From positions 50,035 to 114,034 of IMG/VR virus record IMGVR_UViG_3300043313_001352: a stretch of 64,000 nucleotides of DNA; one strand, written 5' to 3'. Positions 1-7,822 of the stretch are shown piece after piece. Position numbers and translations under genes: made by a program. The notes beneath the pieces were generated by a model, which was not told the DNA's origin, searched no databases, and saw only the letters and a program-made list of their open reading frames with translations. Source of the stretch: a virus. Numbering within the stretch: position 1 is the stretch's first letter; every line of letters begins with the position of its first letter.

Positions 1-315
1 ACCGTCGGCACCCTGTCCCAGGACGGCCGGGTCTCACTGTGGACGGTCTCCCCTGAAGGCGGGCTGACCCGTGCCGACAACCGGCTGTTCGGAAACGCCA
101 CTGGGTTCGACCTGGACACCCCCATCGAGCAGCTCAACCTCCAGGTGCGCACCTTCAACCTGCTCAAGCGCGAAGACGTCAACACGGTCGGCGACCTGCT
201 GACGTTTACGCACGAGAAGGGCGACGAGGAGATGCTCGCGATCCGCAACATGAGCCAGAAGAACGTCGACGAGATCAGGAACTGGGCCACCAGGCTGAGG
301 AGCGAACGACCGTGA
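1..315 (+). CDS. RNA polymerase alpha-subunit C-terminal domain-like protein (5' truncated by window; absent from ORF track)
   Basis: Frame 1 is open from base 1 to TGA at 313-315 and translates ...LDTPIEQLNLQVRTFNLLKREDVNTVGDLLTFTHEKGDEEMLAIRNMSQKNVDEI..., matching the alpha-CTD pattern (IEELxLxVRxxNxLKRxxIxTVGDL...LLxIRNFGxKSxxEI). Confidence 0.8.
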   Translation, partial: TVGTLSQDGRVSLWTVSPEGGLTRADNRLFGNATGFDLDTPIEQLNLQVRTFNLLKREDVNTVGDLLTFTHEKGDEEMLAIRNMSQKNVDEIRNWATRLRSERP

Positions 316-533
316 GCGACGAGAAGCAGCTGCCGCCGGGAGAGAAGCGGTTCATCGCCAAGCCGCGGACCCAGGGCAAGCACACCACCTGGAACGTCTA
401 TGACCGGCAGCGGGCGAGCTTGCCAGCGAGCTTGCCAGGCTTCGGTGTGGTCGCCTCCGGGTTCACTGACGAAACCGAGTGCCAGGCTGAAGCTGACCGT
501 CTCGCCGCGTTCGTCGAAGGAGCCACCCAGTGA
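312..533 (+). CDS. hypothetical protein
   Basis: GTGA overlap with the upstream stop; GC3-rich codons. Confidence 0.7.
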   Translation: MSDEKQLPPGEKRFIAKPRTQGKHTTWNVYDRQRASLPASLPGFGVVASGFTDETECQAEADRLAAFVEGATQ

Positions 534-838
534 GCATGCTGCTGAAGACCGCCCTGGTGCTGTACATGCTCGCCACCGCAGCGACCGGTGCGTTGTCGGC
601 CTTCGCCATCGCGGTCGACGCCTGGCCGTTGGCGATCGCCATCATCGCGGTCTGGATGTTCGGCTGGAGCCCGCTGGTGATCGTGGGCTACGCCGAGCTG
701 GAGCGGCGCCTCGACGCAGAAGCTGGAGCTGGCCCGCCTGCGCAAACGTCAGTGGGACGTCATCGGGCCGACGGCCCAGCTGACCCAGCTGGCGACCAGG
801 TGGAGCGGTTCCATCTCCTTGAGGAGCTGGCCTCGTGA
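530..838 (+). CDS. membrane protein (2 TM)
   Basis: Hydrophobic N-terminal half; 4-bp overlaps on both sides. Confidence 0.7.
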   Translation: MSMLLKTALVLYMLATAATGALSAFAIAVDAWPLAIAIIAVWMFGWSPLVIVGYAELERRLDAEAGAGPPAQTSVGRHRADGPADPAGDQVERFHLLEELAS

Positions 839-1158
839 GCCCGATGCACGGCGCCGACGGTCAGGACCCGTCGGTCCCGCCGAACAGCCGGACCGATGAT
901 CAAGAGCTGCTCGACACCAAGCACCGTCGGTTGGCCCTGGTCGGTGTCCTGGAGCTGGTGCAACGTCAACACACCGACGCGGTCGACCTGGTCACCGTCG
1001 TCGACATCCTGGGCTTGAGCGATCAGCTCGACGAGCTGGCTGGAGCTGGGCGGTCAGCTCGACGAGCTGGGGAACGTCATCGACGTTTGGCCGCAGCTCG
1101 CCAGGCAGCTGGCCTGGCGGAGGCCCAGCTCGACGGGACCGTCGGGCGGGTGGAATAA
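835..1158 (+). CDS. hypothetical protein
   Basis: GTGA overlap, operon context. Confidence 0.55.
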   Translation: MSPMHGADGQDPSVPPNSRTDDQELLDTKHRRLALVGVLELVQRQHTDAVDLVTVVDILGLSDQLDELAGAGRSARRAGERHRRLAAARQAAGLAEAQLDGTVGRVE

Positions 1159-1297
1159 CGTCACTGACTTTTCCGCTGTAGCTAGCACCGTTGCGCCAGC
1201 TGAAGCTACCCGTCGGTCGACATCCCGTGGACCGGTCGGTTAGAGTAGTACAAATCAACCATCAACATGAACCATCAACGACATGAAGGACAGCACC

Positions 1298-1831
1298 ATG
1301 ACCCGATTCATCACCGTGCACGTCGGCTGCGACTGGCCGACCTGCGAGACCGTCGCCCCTGAAGGCGAAGGCATCGTCATCGAGAAGGTGCTGTCCATCG
1401 ACGGCAAGCAGGGACGGTCGTTCCTGCTCTGCAAGAAGCACGTCGACGAGTTCGAGTCGGTCGTGCTGCCGTTGATGCAGGCCGGGGTCAAGGTCGAGCA
1501 GCCCAGCTCCAGCTCGCGGTCGCGGTCGAAGTCGGCCGGAACGTCATCGACGTCCGGCAGCTCAAGCCCAGCTGCGCCGCTGAAGGCCGACGAGGATGGC
1601 ACCCATCCGTCGCTGGTCTGCAAGGTCGACGGCTGTGAGCGTCACGGTCGCCCGCTGTCCAACCGGACCGGGATGGCCCAGCACGCCATCCGTAGCCACG
1701 GCTACGCCGATCTCGCCGCCTACGAGGCGGAGTTCGGGCCGGTCGCCACCGTCCCGCGCAAGAACACCAAGAACACCTCACCGTCGGTCGAGGGCACGGT
1801 TGCCCCGGTCGACGAACCATCCATCAGCTGA
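1298..1831 (+). CDS. Lsr2-like (dimerisation domain) protein with C-terminal C2H2-type zinc finger
   Basis: The N-terminus ...VLSIDGKQGRSFLLCKKHVDEFESVVLPLMQAGVKV resembles the Lsr2 N-domain (FGLDGxxYEIDLSxxNxxKLRxxLxxWxxAGRRV). The C-terminus has CKVDGC...HAIRSH. RBS GAAGGA precedes ATG 1298. Confidence 0.6.
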   Translation: MTRFITVHVGCDWPTCETVAPEGEGIVIEKVLSIDGKQGRSFLLCKKHVDEFESVVLPLMQAGVKVEQPSSSSRSRSKSAGTSSTSGSSSPAAPLKADEDGTHPSLVCKVDGCERHGRPLSNRTGMAQHAIRSHGYADLAAYEAEFGPVATVPRKNTKNTSPSVEGTVAPVDEPSIS

Positions 1832-1849
1832 AGGTCCCAGGAGGCCACC

Positions 1850-2602
1850 ATGAGTACCCCGACGCACTACGAGCGAGCTGCCGCGGTCGCGGATGAGCTG
1901 CTGGCTGCGCACGAGCGTGGTGAGTCGGTCTCCGCGATGGCCGAGGAGCACGGTCTCCGTCGCGAGGCGATCGCCAGCGAGCTGGCCAAGCACGGCATCG
2001 GTGAGCCGTCGCCCGCACGGGAGGCGGTCCTGGAGTACGTCCGGGCCAACCCCGGTCTGTCGGTCGACGACCTCTCGCTGCGCCTGGACCTGAGCAAGTC
2101 ATCGGTCTCCCGGTACCTGCGCGGGACGCCGGAGCATCGGTTGGTGGTCAGCCGCAAGGTCTCGCCGACGCAGCGGTTCACTGATCAGCAGATGGCGGAT
2201 GCTCTCAAGGCTGCGTTCCGGCAGCTCGACGATCGGTCGAAGGGCCTGTCCCGGAAGCGGTACCGCGAGATCATGGAGGGCCAGGACGTGCCCGCGGCGG
2301 CCACCTACATCCGTCGCTACGGGACCTGGTCGGAGGCGTGTCGGTTGGCCGGGGTCACCGCGGCGAAGGCCCGGCGGACCAACTACGTCCAGGACTGGAG
2401 CAACGACCAGATCGTCGACGCGGTCGCCGAGTTCGTGAACACCACCGGTCAGCTCAGCTACCACGCTTACGCAGCGTGGGCGCGCGAGCACGACAAGCCG
2501 TCGGGTCCCCTCCTCGTCCAGAGGCTCGGCGGTTGGGCCAAGGCGAAGACCCTGGCCATGTCCCAGTTCGAGACCGACGACCGGACGGTTGCGGTCGCCT
2601 AG
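1850..2602 (+). CDS. HTH DNA-binding protein with homing-endonuclease-associated repeats
   Basis: HTH LSVDDLSLRLDLSKSSVSRYL, followed by two repeats of the type FTDQQMADAL...PAAATYIRRYGTWSEACRLAG and WSNDQIVDAV...PSGPLLVQRLGGW. RBS AGGAGG. Confidence 0.75.
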   Translation: MSTPTHYERAAAVADELLAAHERGESVSAMAEEHGLRREAIASELAKHGIGEPSPAREAVLEYVRANPGLSVDDLSLRLDLSKSSVSRYLRGTPEHRLVVSRKVSPTQRFTDQQMADALKAAFRQLDDRSKGLSRKRYREIMEGQDVPAAATYIRRYGTWSEACRLAGVTAAKARRTNYVQDWSNDQIVDAVAEFVNTTGQLSYHAYAAWAREHDKPSGPLLVQRLGGWAKAKTLAMSQFETDDRTVAVA

Positions 2603-2621
2603 CGCCTCTCCGGTAGAGGAC

Positions 2622-2669
2622 CAGCAGCCCCGTCTCACGGTCGCCATGTCCACTGAGGCGGGGCTGCTG
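2622..2669 (+). terminator. stem-loop terminator after the + strand regulatory operon
   Basis: Inverted repeat cagcagccccgtctca (2622-2637) / tgaggcggggctgctg (2654-2669). Confidence 0.6.
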
Positions 2670-3159
2670 TATGCCCTCTTGGCAAGCGGTTGCCGGTCTA
2701 GATAGGCTTAGGTCACCTTGGCCAAGGTGCCGTTGACAAAGCCGGTACCCTCACGCACGGGACGTCGTCGCGGCGGAAGGGTGCCGAACGGGACGTTCGG
2801 TCGCCTCGAATGGTCTGGTACCAGGCCGGTCGCCAGCTGGCGGTCGCCGATCGAACGTCACTGACGTTTATGCAGGGTGGCCCAGCTCACCGTCGCCTGG
2901 CGGCCTCTGCTGAGGATCCACCGATATCGCCCGGCAGCTCGGCGAGCTGGCGGCCAGCTGGGCGCCCCGGTGCGTTTCGTCAATGACGTTGGCGTTCAAC
3001 GGGCGCCTGGCGGCCCAGCTGGCCGCGGCCCAGCGACCTGGTCGAGGAGCTACCCGTCGGTCGCGATCGCCGATAAGGGTCATTATGTAAGCCAGATACC
3101 GGATAAGTCGGACACGGTCGACCCGTTGACGACGGAATCAGTTGTACAGCGGTACAGAT

Positions 3160-3789
3160 TCAGCGGTCGGGCGGGTGCACGGACGTCCGCTTCAGCGCCT
3201 CTGAGAAGCCCATAGCGGCCTTGCCGACGGACTGGAAGGACTCCCGCAGGCTCGGGTTGCTCCAGGCCGCTGCTGCGTGCGCCAGGGCGTCCAGACGGTC
3301 GTTCACGGCCGTGCGCCCAGCGGTTGCTTCGGCACGGTCGGCCTCGTCTTCCTCGATCGCCTGGCGGATCGAGTCCCACTCACCGTCGTGGCGGGGCGCC
3401 ATCGCCACCTCCAGGCGCACCAGGTAGAGCCCGTGCGGGTCATCGGGCAGGCTCATCTCCCAGGAGATGGACTCGCTGGTGTAACCGTTGGCATCCATGT
3501 AGCGCTGCGCGGTCGCCACCAGCCGAGCGCGGGCACCGTCGACCATCGCGGGCTCGTGCGCGTGATCACGCAGCAGCTGTTCGACGCCGACCCAGCGGTG
3601 CGGCTCCGGGCGCAGCGATCGCGGGCGCCGTCGAGGGCTCCCCATCGGTCCGTAGTCGTAGTCGGAGAACCCGGCCATGACCTCAGCGTAGGGCTCACCG
3701 TCGGCCAGGCGGCGCATCGCTGCGAACAGCTCGCGAGCGGTCGGCTCAACCGGTCGGCGCTCGGGGCGGAGATCCTCCAGGCTGATCAA
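3160..3789 (-). CDS. hypothetical protein
   Basis: ORF 3160..3843; the likely start is TTG at 3789, overlapping the upstream stop (TTGA). Confidence 0.6.
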   Translation of the reverse strand: MISLEDLRPERRPVEPTARELFAAMRRLADGEPYAEVMAGFSDYDYGPMGSPRRRPRSLRPEPHRWVGVEQLLRDHAHEPAMVDGARARLVATAQRYMDANGYTSESISWEMSLPDDPHGLYLVRLEVAMAPRHDGEWDSIRQAIEEDEADRAEATAGRTAVNDRLDALAHAAAAWSNPSLRESFQSVGKAAMGFSEALKRTSVHPPDR

Positions 3790-4412
3790 CGGTGTGCTGC
3801 ACACCTCAGCTCGGACTGCTCCTCGTCGATGAACACCGGCCACACATCAGCGGTCTCCCGGCACCGGGAGATCCCGCAGACACGGGCGCCGTCGACCCAG
3901 GCGAACCGTCGCTCCAGCTCCTGCTCGGCCCAGGCCGGGTTGCTCAGTGCGGCCCGGCGCTTGGACAAATGGGTCGAGAACGCCCTCAACCCGGTCAGGA
4001 ACGGGTGTCGTCCGTGGTCCTTGCGGTCGATCGGCAGCCGTTGGTTCCAGTAGCGGTTCGGTCGGTCGATGTCGGCGATCGGCCGGAACTCGACGCACGG
4101 ACACGTGGGGTGCACCACCGTGGTCTGCGTCTGCGCCTCCCGGTCCATCGACTTGGTCTCGGTCTGAAAGCCGCGGTCCGGCATCGCACCGACGCAGCCG
4201 TCGAGGATGGCACTCACGGTCACCTCCAGGCCGCCGATGTTCCGCGGGAACGGCGCCGGTACGTGATACGCACCGCCGATCGACTCGCCGTGATAGCGGT
4301 CGAGGTGGCCACACACGCAGATCTTGAACCAGTTGTGGTACCCAGCTCGCTCACGCTTCCTGGTGAAGAAATCCTGTCCGAAACTGTTCTTGACCTCGTC
4401 CGAGATGCCCAC
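3786..4412 (-). CDS. Cys/His-rich hypothetical protein (putative Zn-binding)
   Basis: Motifs CVCGH, CPCVEF and CGISRC...C; RBS AGGAG upstream. Confidence 0.75.
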   Translation of the reverse strand: MGISDEVKNSFGQDFFTRKRERAGYHNWFKICVCGHLDRYHGESIGGAYHVPAPFPRNIGGLEVTVSAILDGCVGAMPDRGFQTETKSMDREAQTQTTVVHPTCPCVEFRPIADIDRPNRYWNQRLPIDRKDHGRHPFLTGLRAFSTHLSKRRAALSNPAWAEQELERRFAWVDGARVCGISRCRETADVWPVFIDEEQSELRCAAHR

Positions 4413-4459
4413 GGTTGTGACTCCTATGTGCCAATCTGTTCAACGGTTGGTGTGATCTT

Positions 4460-4489
4460 ATCATAGTCAAACCAGGGTCGTACATGCAA
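4460..4489 (-). promoter_or_regulatory. SigA-like promoter for the 4412 gene
   Basis: Minus strand TTGCAT (4489-4484), 18-nt spacer, TATGAT (4465-4460). Confidence 0.55.
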
Positions 4490-4873
4490 ACCAGATTCAT
4501 ACCAGTAGATCAAGCAGGAGACGGCCCAGGAGACGGCCCAGCCTGCGCCCAGCCTGAACCATTCACGCAACTCATAGAACGGAATGCTTTTTGGGGGTGC
4601 CGCGTGACGAGCTGAGGCGACAAGGATCCGCGCCGACACCCTTTTTGGCTGGGCCACCACTGGGCCGTCCACTGCTTCATCACTGCTTTGATGTCCGTTT
4701 CCTCCCTAGTCACCTGTGCCTCCCGACCCCGTCCTCCCCCACCGTCGCTGACCCCTTAGAACCCGCACTCCAGATTGCTCGTCTGAACCCTTAGTCCCCA
4801 CACTTCCAAGTGGTTGTCCCCGTCCACCATCTCTAGGGATTCACCTGTCGGACGATGTGCTACTCAGATCCCC

Positions 4874-5401
4874 TCAGACCAGCCGCACCCCGACGAACAC
4901 CCTCGCCTTCCCGTCCCACGTCGCACCCGCCGCCAGCAGGTGCTCGCGCAGCACCTCGCGCTTCATCCGCAGACTTCCCGGCAGCTCCCGGAACCTCTCG
5001 CGCTCCGTGAACGCCAGCCAGGTCGCGAACGACACCTCCACGTCCCTCGGCGCCACGGTGTCCCCCTCCGGCCCCGTCCTCCCGGTCACCTCCACGCACG
5101 CCTCCCCCCACGCGCGCACCACCGGCTCCACCTCGGCCCGCCACTTCTCCTCGCGCGTCACCGCGCCGGGCACCGGCACCGTGTCGACGTGCACGTGCGT
5201 GATCCGCCACGCCCCCGGTCGCCCCAGCCAGGACTCGCGCTGGGTCTGGCTCATCAGCAGGAACCGCCCGAGTGCGGCCTGCCACTCCGCCCCGTACCGG
5301 GGCTCGGCCTTCCCCTCCGCGACCGCTGCGTCCCAGCACAGCCCCCAGCCCGCCAGCGCCTTGCTCAACCTCGCCGTCCCCACCATCTCAGCCGTCTCCA
5401 T
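4874..5401 (-). CDS. hypothetical protein (possible C-terminal winged-helix like primase-associated domains)
   Basis: RBS GGAGGAG before ATG 5401. The C-terminus resembles the tail of the 12314..14701 helicase (compare ACVEVTG...FVGVRLV with ACLEVTG...MVGGRLV). Confidence 0.6.
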   Translation of the reverse strand: METAEMVGTARLSKALAGWGLCWDAAVAEGKAEPRYGAEWQAALGRFLLMSQTQRESWLGRPGAWRITHVHVDTVPVPGAVTREEKWRAEVEPVVRAWGEACVEVTGRTGPEGDTVAPRDVEVSFATWLAFTERERFRELPGSLRMKREVLREHLLAAGATWDGKARVFVGVRLV

Positions 5402-5486
5402 CGTCGCTCTCCTCCACGTTGATTGGTGATTCACCTGTTGCCAACCTACCGAGCCCGCCCCGCTGGGCTAGGCTCTCCCCGCCCTC

Positions 5487-5838
5487 GGCAAGTCGGGGCA
5501 AGGCTTGGCTTGGCATGGCAGGGCAGGGCTCCCCCTAGGCCAGGCGCGGTCAGGCAGGGTTCGGCTCGGTCAGGCAGGGCAGGTTCGGCAGGGCGCGGTG
5601 TGCTGAGGTCCGGCGTGGCGAGGTGGGGCAAGGCACGGCAGGCTCGGAGCGGCTCGGCACGGCTAGGCATGGTGAGGCAGGCACACCCAGGCGGGGTCCG
5701 GCAGGGCACGTCAGCATTTGGCAGGGCATGGCAGGTGGGGCAAGGCTCGGTGTGGCCTGGCGGCGTACGGCATGGTTGGGTTCGGTTCGGCGTGGCAGGC
5801 ACGGTTAGGCATGGCAAGGTGAGGCGTGGCGAGGCGCG
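5487..5838 (+). ncRNA. orphan GGY-NN pentamer mini-array (putative guide RNA precursor, ~6 units)
   Basis: Reads ggcaa ggctt ggctt ggcat ggcag ggcag ggctc... with GGCA-GGY punctuation, the same grammar as the 21.6-25.6 kb array but on the opposite strand. Confidence 0.75.
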
Positions 5839-5885
5839 AGGGAACCCGCTCGCTCGTCGTCAGGGTGGTGTGTACTCTTCTCCCC

Positions 5886-6290
5886 ATGGGAGGGAACAAG
5901 CGCGGGTCGGTATTACGGTCACTGACCTGCCACTACTGCGGTGAGCGGGCCGAGGGCGAAGACCACATCGTGCCGCGAGCCGACCTGCCCAAGCCGCTCT
6001 CGAAGCTGCCCTACTGGTTCCGCGCCAACGACGTCGTTCCGGCCTGCCAGCCCTGCAACGGCGACAAGGCGTGGTTCAGGTCCGACTGCGTCTGCTCGCA
6101 CTGCACATGGGCTTGGTCCACCGCTCACGCGCTGTTCCTGCCCGAGGGCTACACCGAGCGCGGTTGGGTCGCCATCCAGCAGAACCCGACCATCGCGATG
6201 CCGCTCGCGGTCCCGCGCCCCGACCGGTCCGCCTACCCAGGCACCCGCGAAGGCCGGTCCGACCGCGAGTCCCAGGCCCTGTCGAACTAG
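5886..6290 (+). CDS. HNH endonuclease
   Basis: CHYCG...EDHIVP...NDVVPACQPCNGDK; leaderless start (TACTCT, 7 nt, ATG 5886). Confidence 0.85.
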   Translation: MGGNKRGSVLRSLTCHYCGERAEGEDHIVPRADLPKPLSKLPYWFRANDVVPACQPCNGDKAWFRSDCVCSHCTWAWSTAHALFLPEGYTERGWVAIQQNPTIAMPLAVPRPDRSAYPGTREGRSDRESQALSN

Positions 6291-6428
6291 TCTCCGCCCG
6301 CCGCTCCGACTAGCTCGGCAGGGCCGCTCGCGCTCTACCTAGACCACCCCGTCCCCCTGGCGCGAGCGTTGGTCAAATGAGAGAGTGCCAACTCATTCAC
6401 CTGTCACTCACCTCCTGGGAGTTCCTCC

Positions 6429-6908
6429 ATGCGCCGTCGACTCGCGCTCCTGCCCACCGTCCTCGCTGTCGCCTTCACCGGGCTGTTTGCCGCCGCACCA
6501 GCTCAAGCCGCACCACCGGTCGACTACACGCACCAGGGACTCAACGACGCGACGGCTCACATCGAGCTGAAGGGTCCGATCAAGGTCACCGGCAAGACTG
6601 CCACCGTCAAGCTCCAGGTCGACTGCACCAAGGGTCGTCAGGCCAGCGTGGGTGGTGGCGTGTACCTGGACCCAGACAACTCCTGGCCCCCGGTCTACTA
6701 CTACTACTCGCCCTTGACCAGTGCGTTCACCTGCACGGGTCATCCTCAGAACGTCAGCTTCACCGCGGTGGCGGGAGCAGGCCCCGCCGAGGGCAATCAG
6801 ACGCTGGCGCCGACCAAGGGCATCACGCAGTTCTACGCCTATGTCGTCTACGCCAACGAGGACGACGTGACCGATGACTTCATCGGAGGCACCGCTCGCC
6901 TGGGCTGA
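6429..6908 (+). CDS. secreted protein (signal peptide)
   Basis: MRRRLALLPTVLAVAFTGLFAAAPAQA signal peptide with an AxA cleavage site. Confidence 0.75.
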   Translation: MRRRLALLPTVLAVAFTGLFAAAPAQAAPPVDYTHQGLNDATAHIELKGPIKVTGKTATVKLQVDCTKGRQASVGGGVYLDPDNSWPPVYYYYSPLTSAFTCTGHPQNVSFTAVAGAGPAEGNQTLAPTKGITQFYAYVVYANEDDVTDDFIGGTARLG

Positions 6909-7373
6909 CTACCGCCCACCCCAGGCCCGGTTCACCTCGTCGAGCACCGTCCACGGCGCCCGCCCGGCCTCGTTCGAGGTGAACCGGACGATCCGCCAGC
7001 CCAGCGCCTCGATCTCGCGCTGCCGCTTGTGGTGCTTGGCCCAGGCTTCCTGCGGCCCGTGGAAGGCCAGCCCGTCGATCTCGATCCCGAGCTTGCGCCC
7101 GGCCAGCCCGAAGTCCAGGTAGTAGCGCCCCACGCGCACCTGACGACGCAGCCCGGCCAGTGCAGGCCACCGGTCCGGCGATGCCGTGTACGCCGCCCAC
7201 AGCACGTCCTCGGACGGCCCCACCCACGGTCCGCCGACCTTCTTCTCCCCCGCCCCGCCAGCCGTCCCAGCCACAGTGAACCGGCCGTCCTTGCCCCGCG
7301 CCCGCCCCCGCACCGGGGTCCCCCGGACCAGGATCATCCGGGGAGTCCGCACCACCCTGCGCCGCCGCGCCAT
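6909..7373 (-). CDS. DUF559 / Vsr-like endonuclease
   Basis: RRQVRVGRYYLDF...LGIEIDGLAFH...RQREIEALGWRIVRF. Confidence 0.85.
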   Translation of the reverse strand: MARRRRVVRTPRMILVRGTPVRGRARGKDGRFTVAGTAGGAGEKKVGGPWVGPSEDVLWAAYTASPDRWPALAGLRRQVRVGRYYLDFGLAGRKLGIEIDGLAFHGPQEAWAKHHKRQREIEALGWRIVRFTSNEAGRAPWTVLDEVNRAWGGR

Positions 7374-7441
7374 GTGTCCACGCTACGGGACCTTCGGCGT
7401 CACCTGTCGCTCACCTGCCGCAACGGTCTACCATCCTCACT

Positions 7442-7822
7442 ATGCGCGCCACTCTCTCGGGCACCCTCACTGGAGTCCTCTCAGCCCTGCTCACCGTCTC
7501 CGTGTTCGCCGCCCTGTGCCTGCTTGCCGCCCCCGCTCAAGCCGCCGACCACCGCCGCTGTGTCACCGTGCGTGAGTACCGCGCCGTACACGTCGGACAG
7601 CCCGCCCGCCGTGCGGTCCGGATCCTGGACGGTTACGGCGCCGAGGGTGACCTGGGCCGGGTCTACCGGATGTGCCGAGGCGGGCACGCGGTCATCGGGT
7701 TCTCCGGTGCCCCGGCGATCGTCACGATGAAGTTCCGCCTCGCCCCCGGCTCCGACCCGTGGGGCCGGGTCTACCTGCTGCCCAGCCTCAGCCCGGCCGC
7801 TCCGCTCTCCCAGCTGCTCTAG
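7442..7822 (+). CDS. secreted/membrane-anchored protein
   Basis: Hydrophobic N-terminus ending APAQA; leaderless start (TACCAT, 7 nt, ATG). Confidence 0.65.
   Translation: MRATLSGTLTGVLSALLTVSVFAALCLLAAPAQAADHRRCVTVREYRAVHVGQPARRAVRILDGYGAEGDLGRVYRMCRGGHAVIGFSGAPAIVTMKFRLAPGSDPWGRVYLLPSLSPAAPLSQLL

Noticed and set aside
5535-5577. Orphan unit LWEDLWAWY as a self-target in the DUF559 gene (EDVLWAAY)
   Set aside because: It needs an indel and several mismatches, so the match is too weak.
5423-5944. ORFs 5423-5944 and 5446-5817
   Set aside because: They are translations of the pentamer mini-array.
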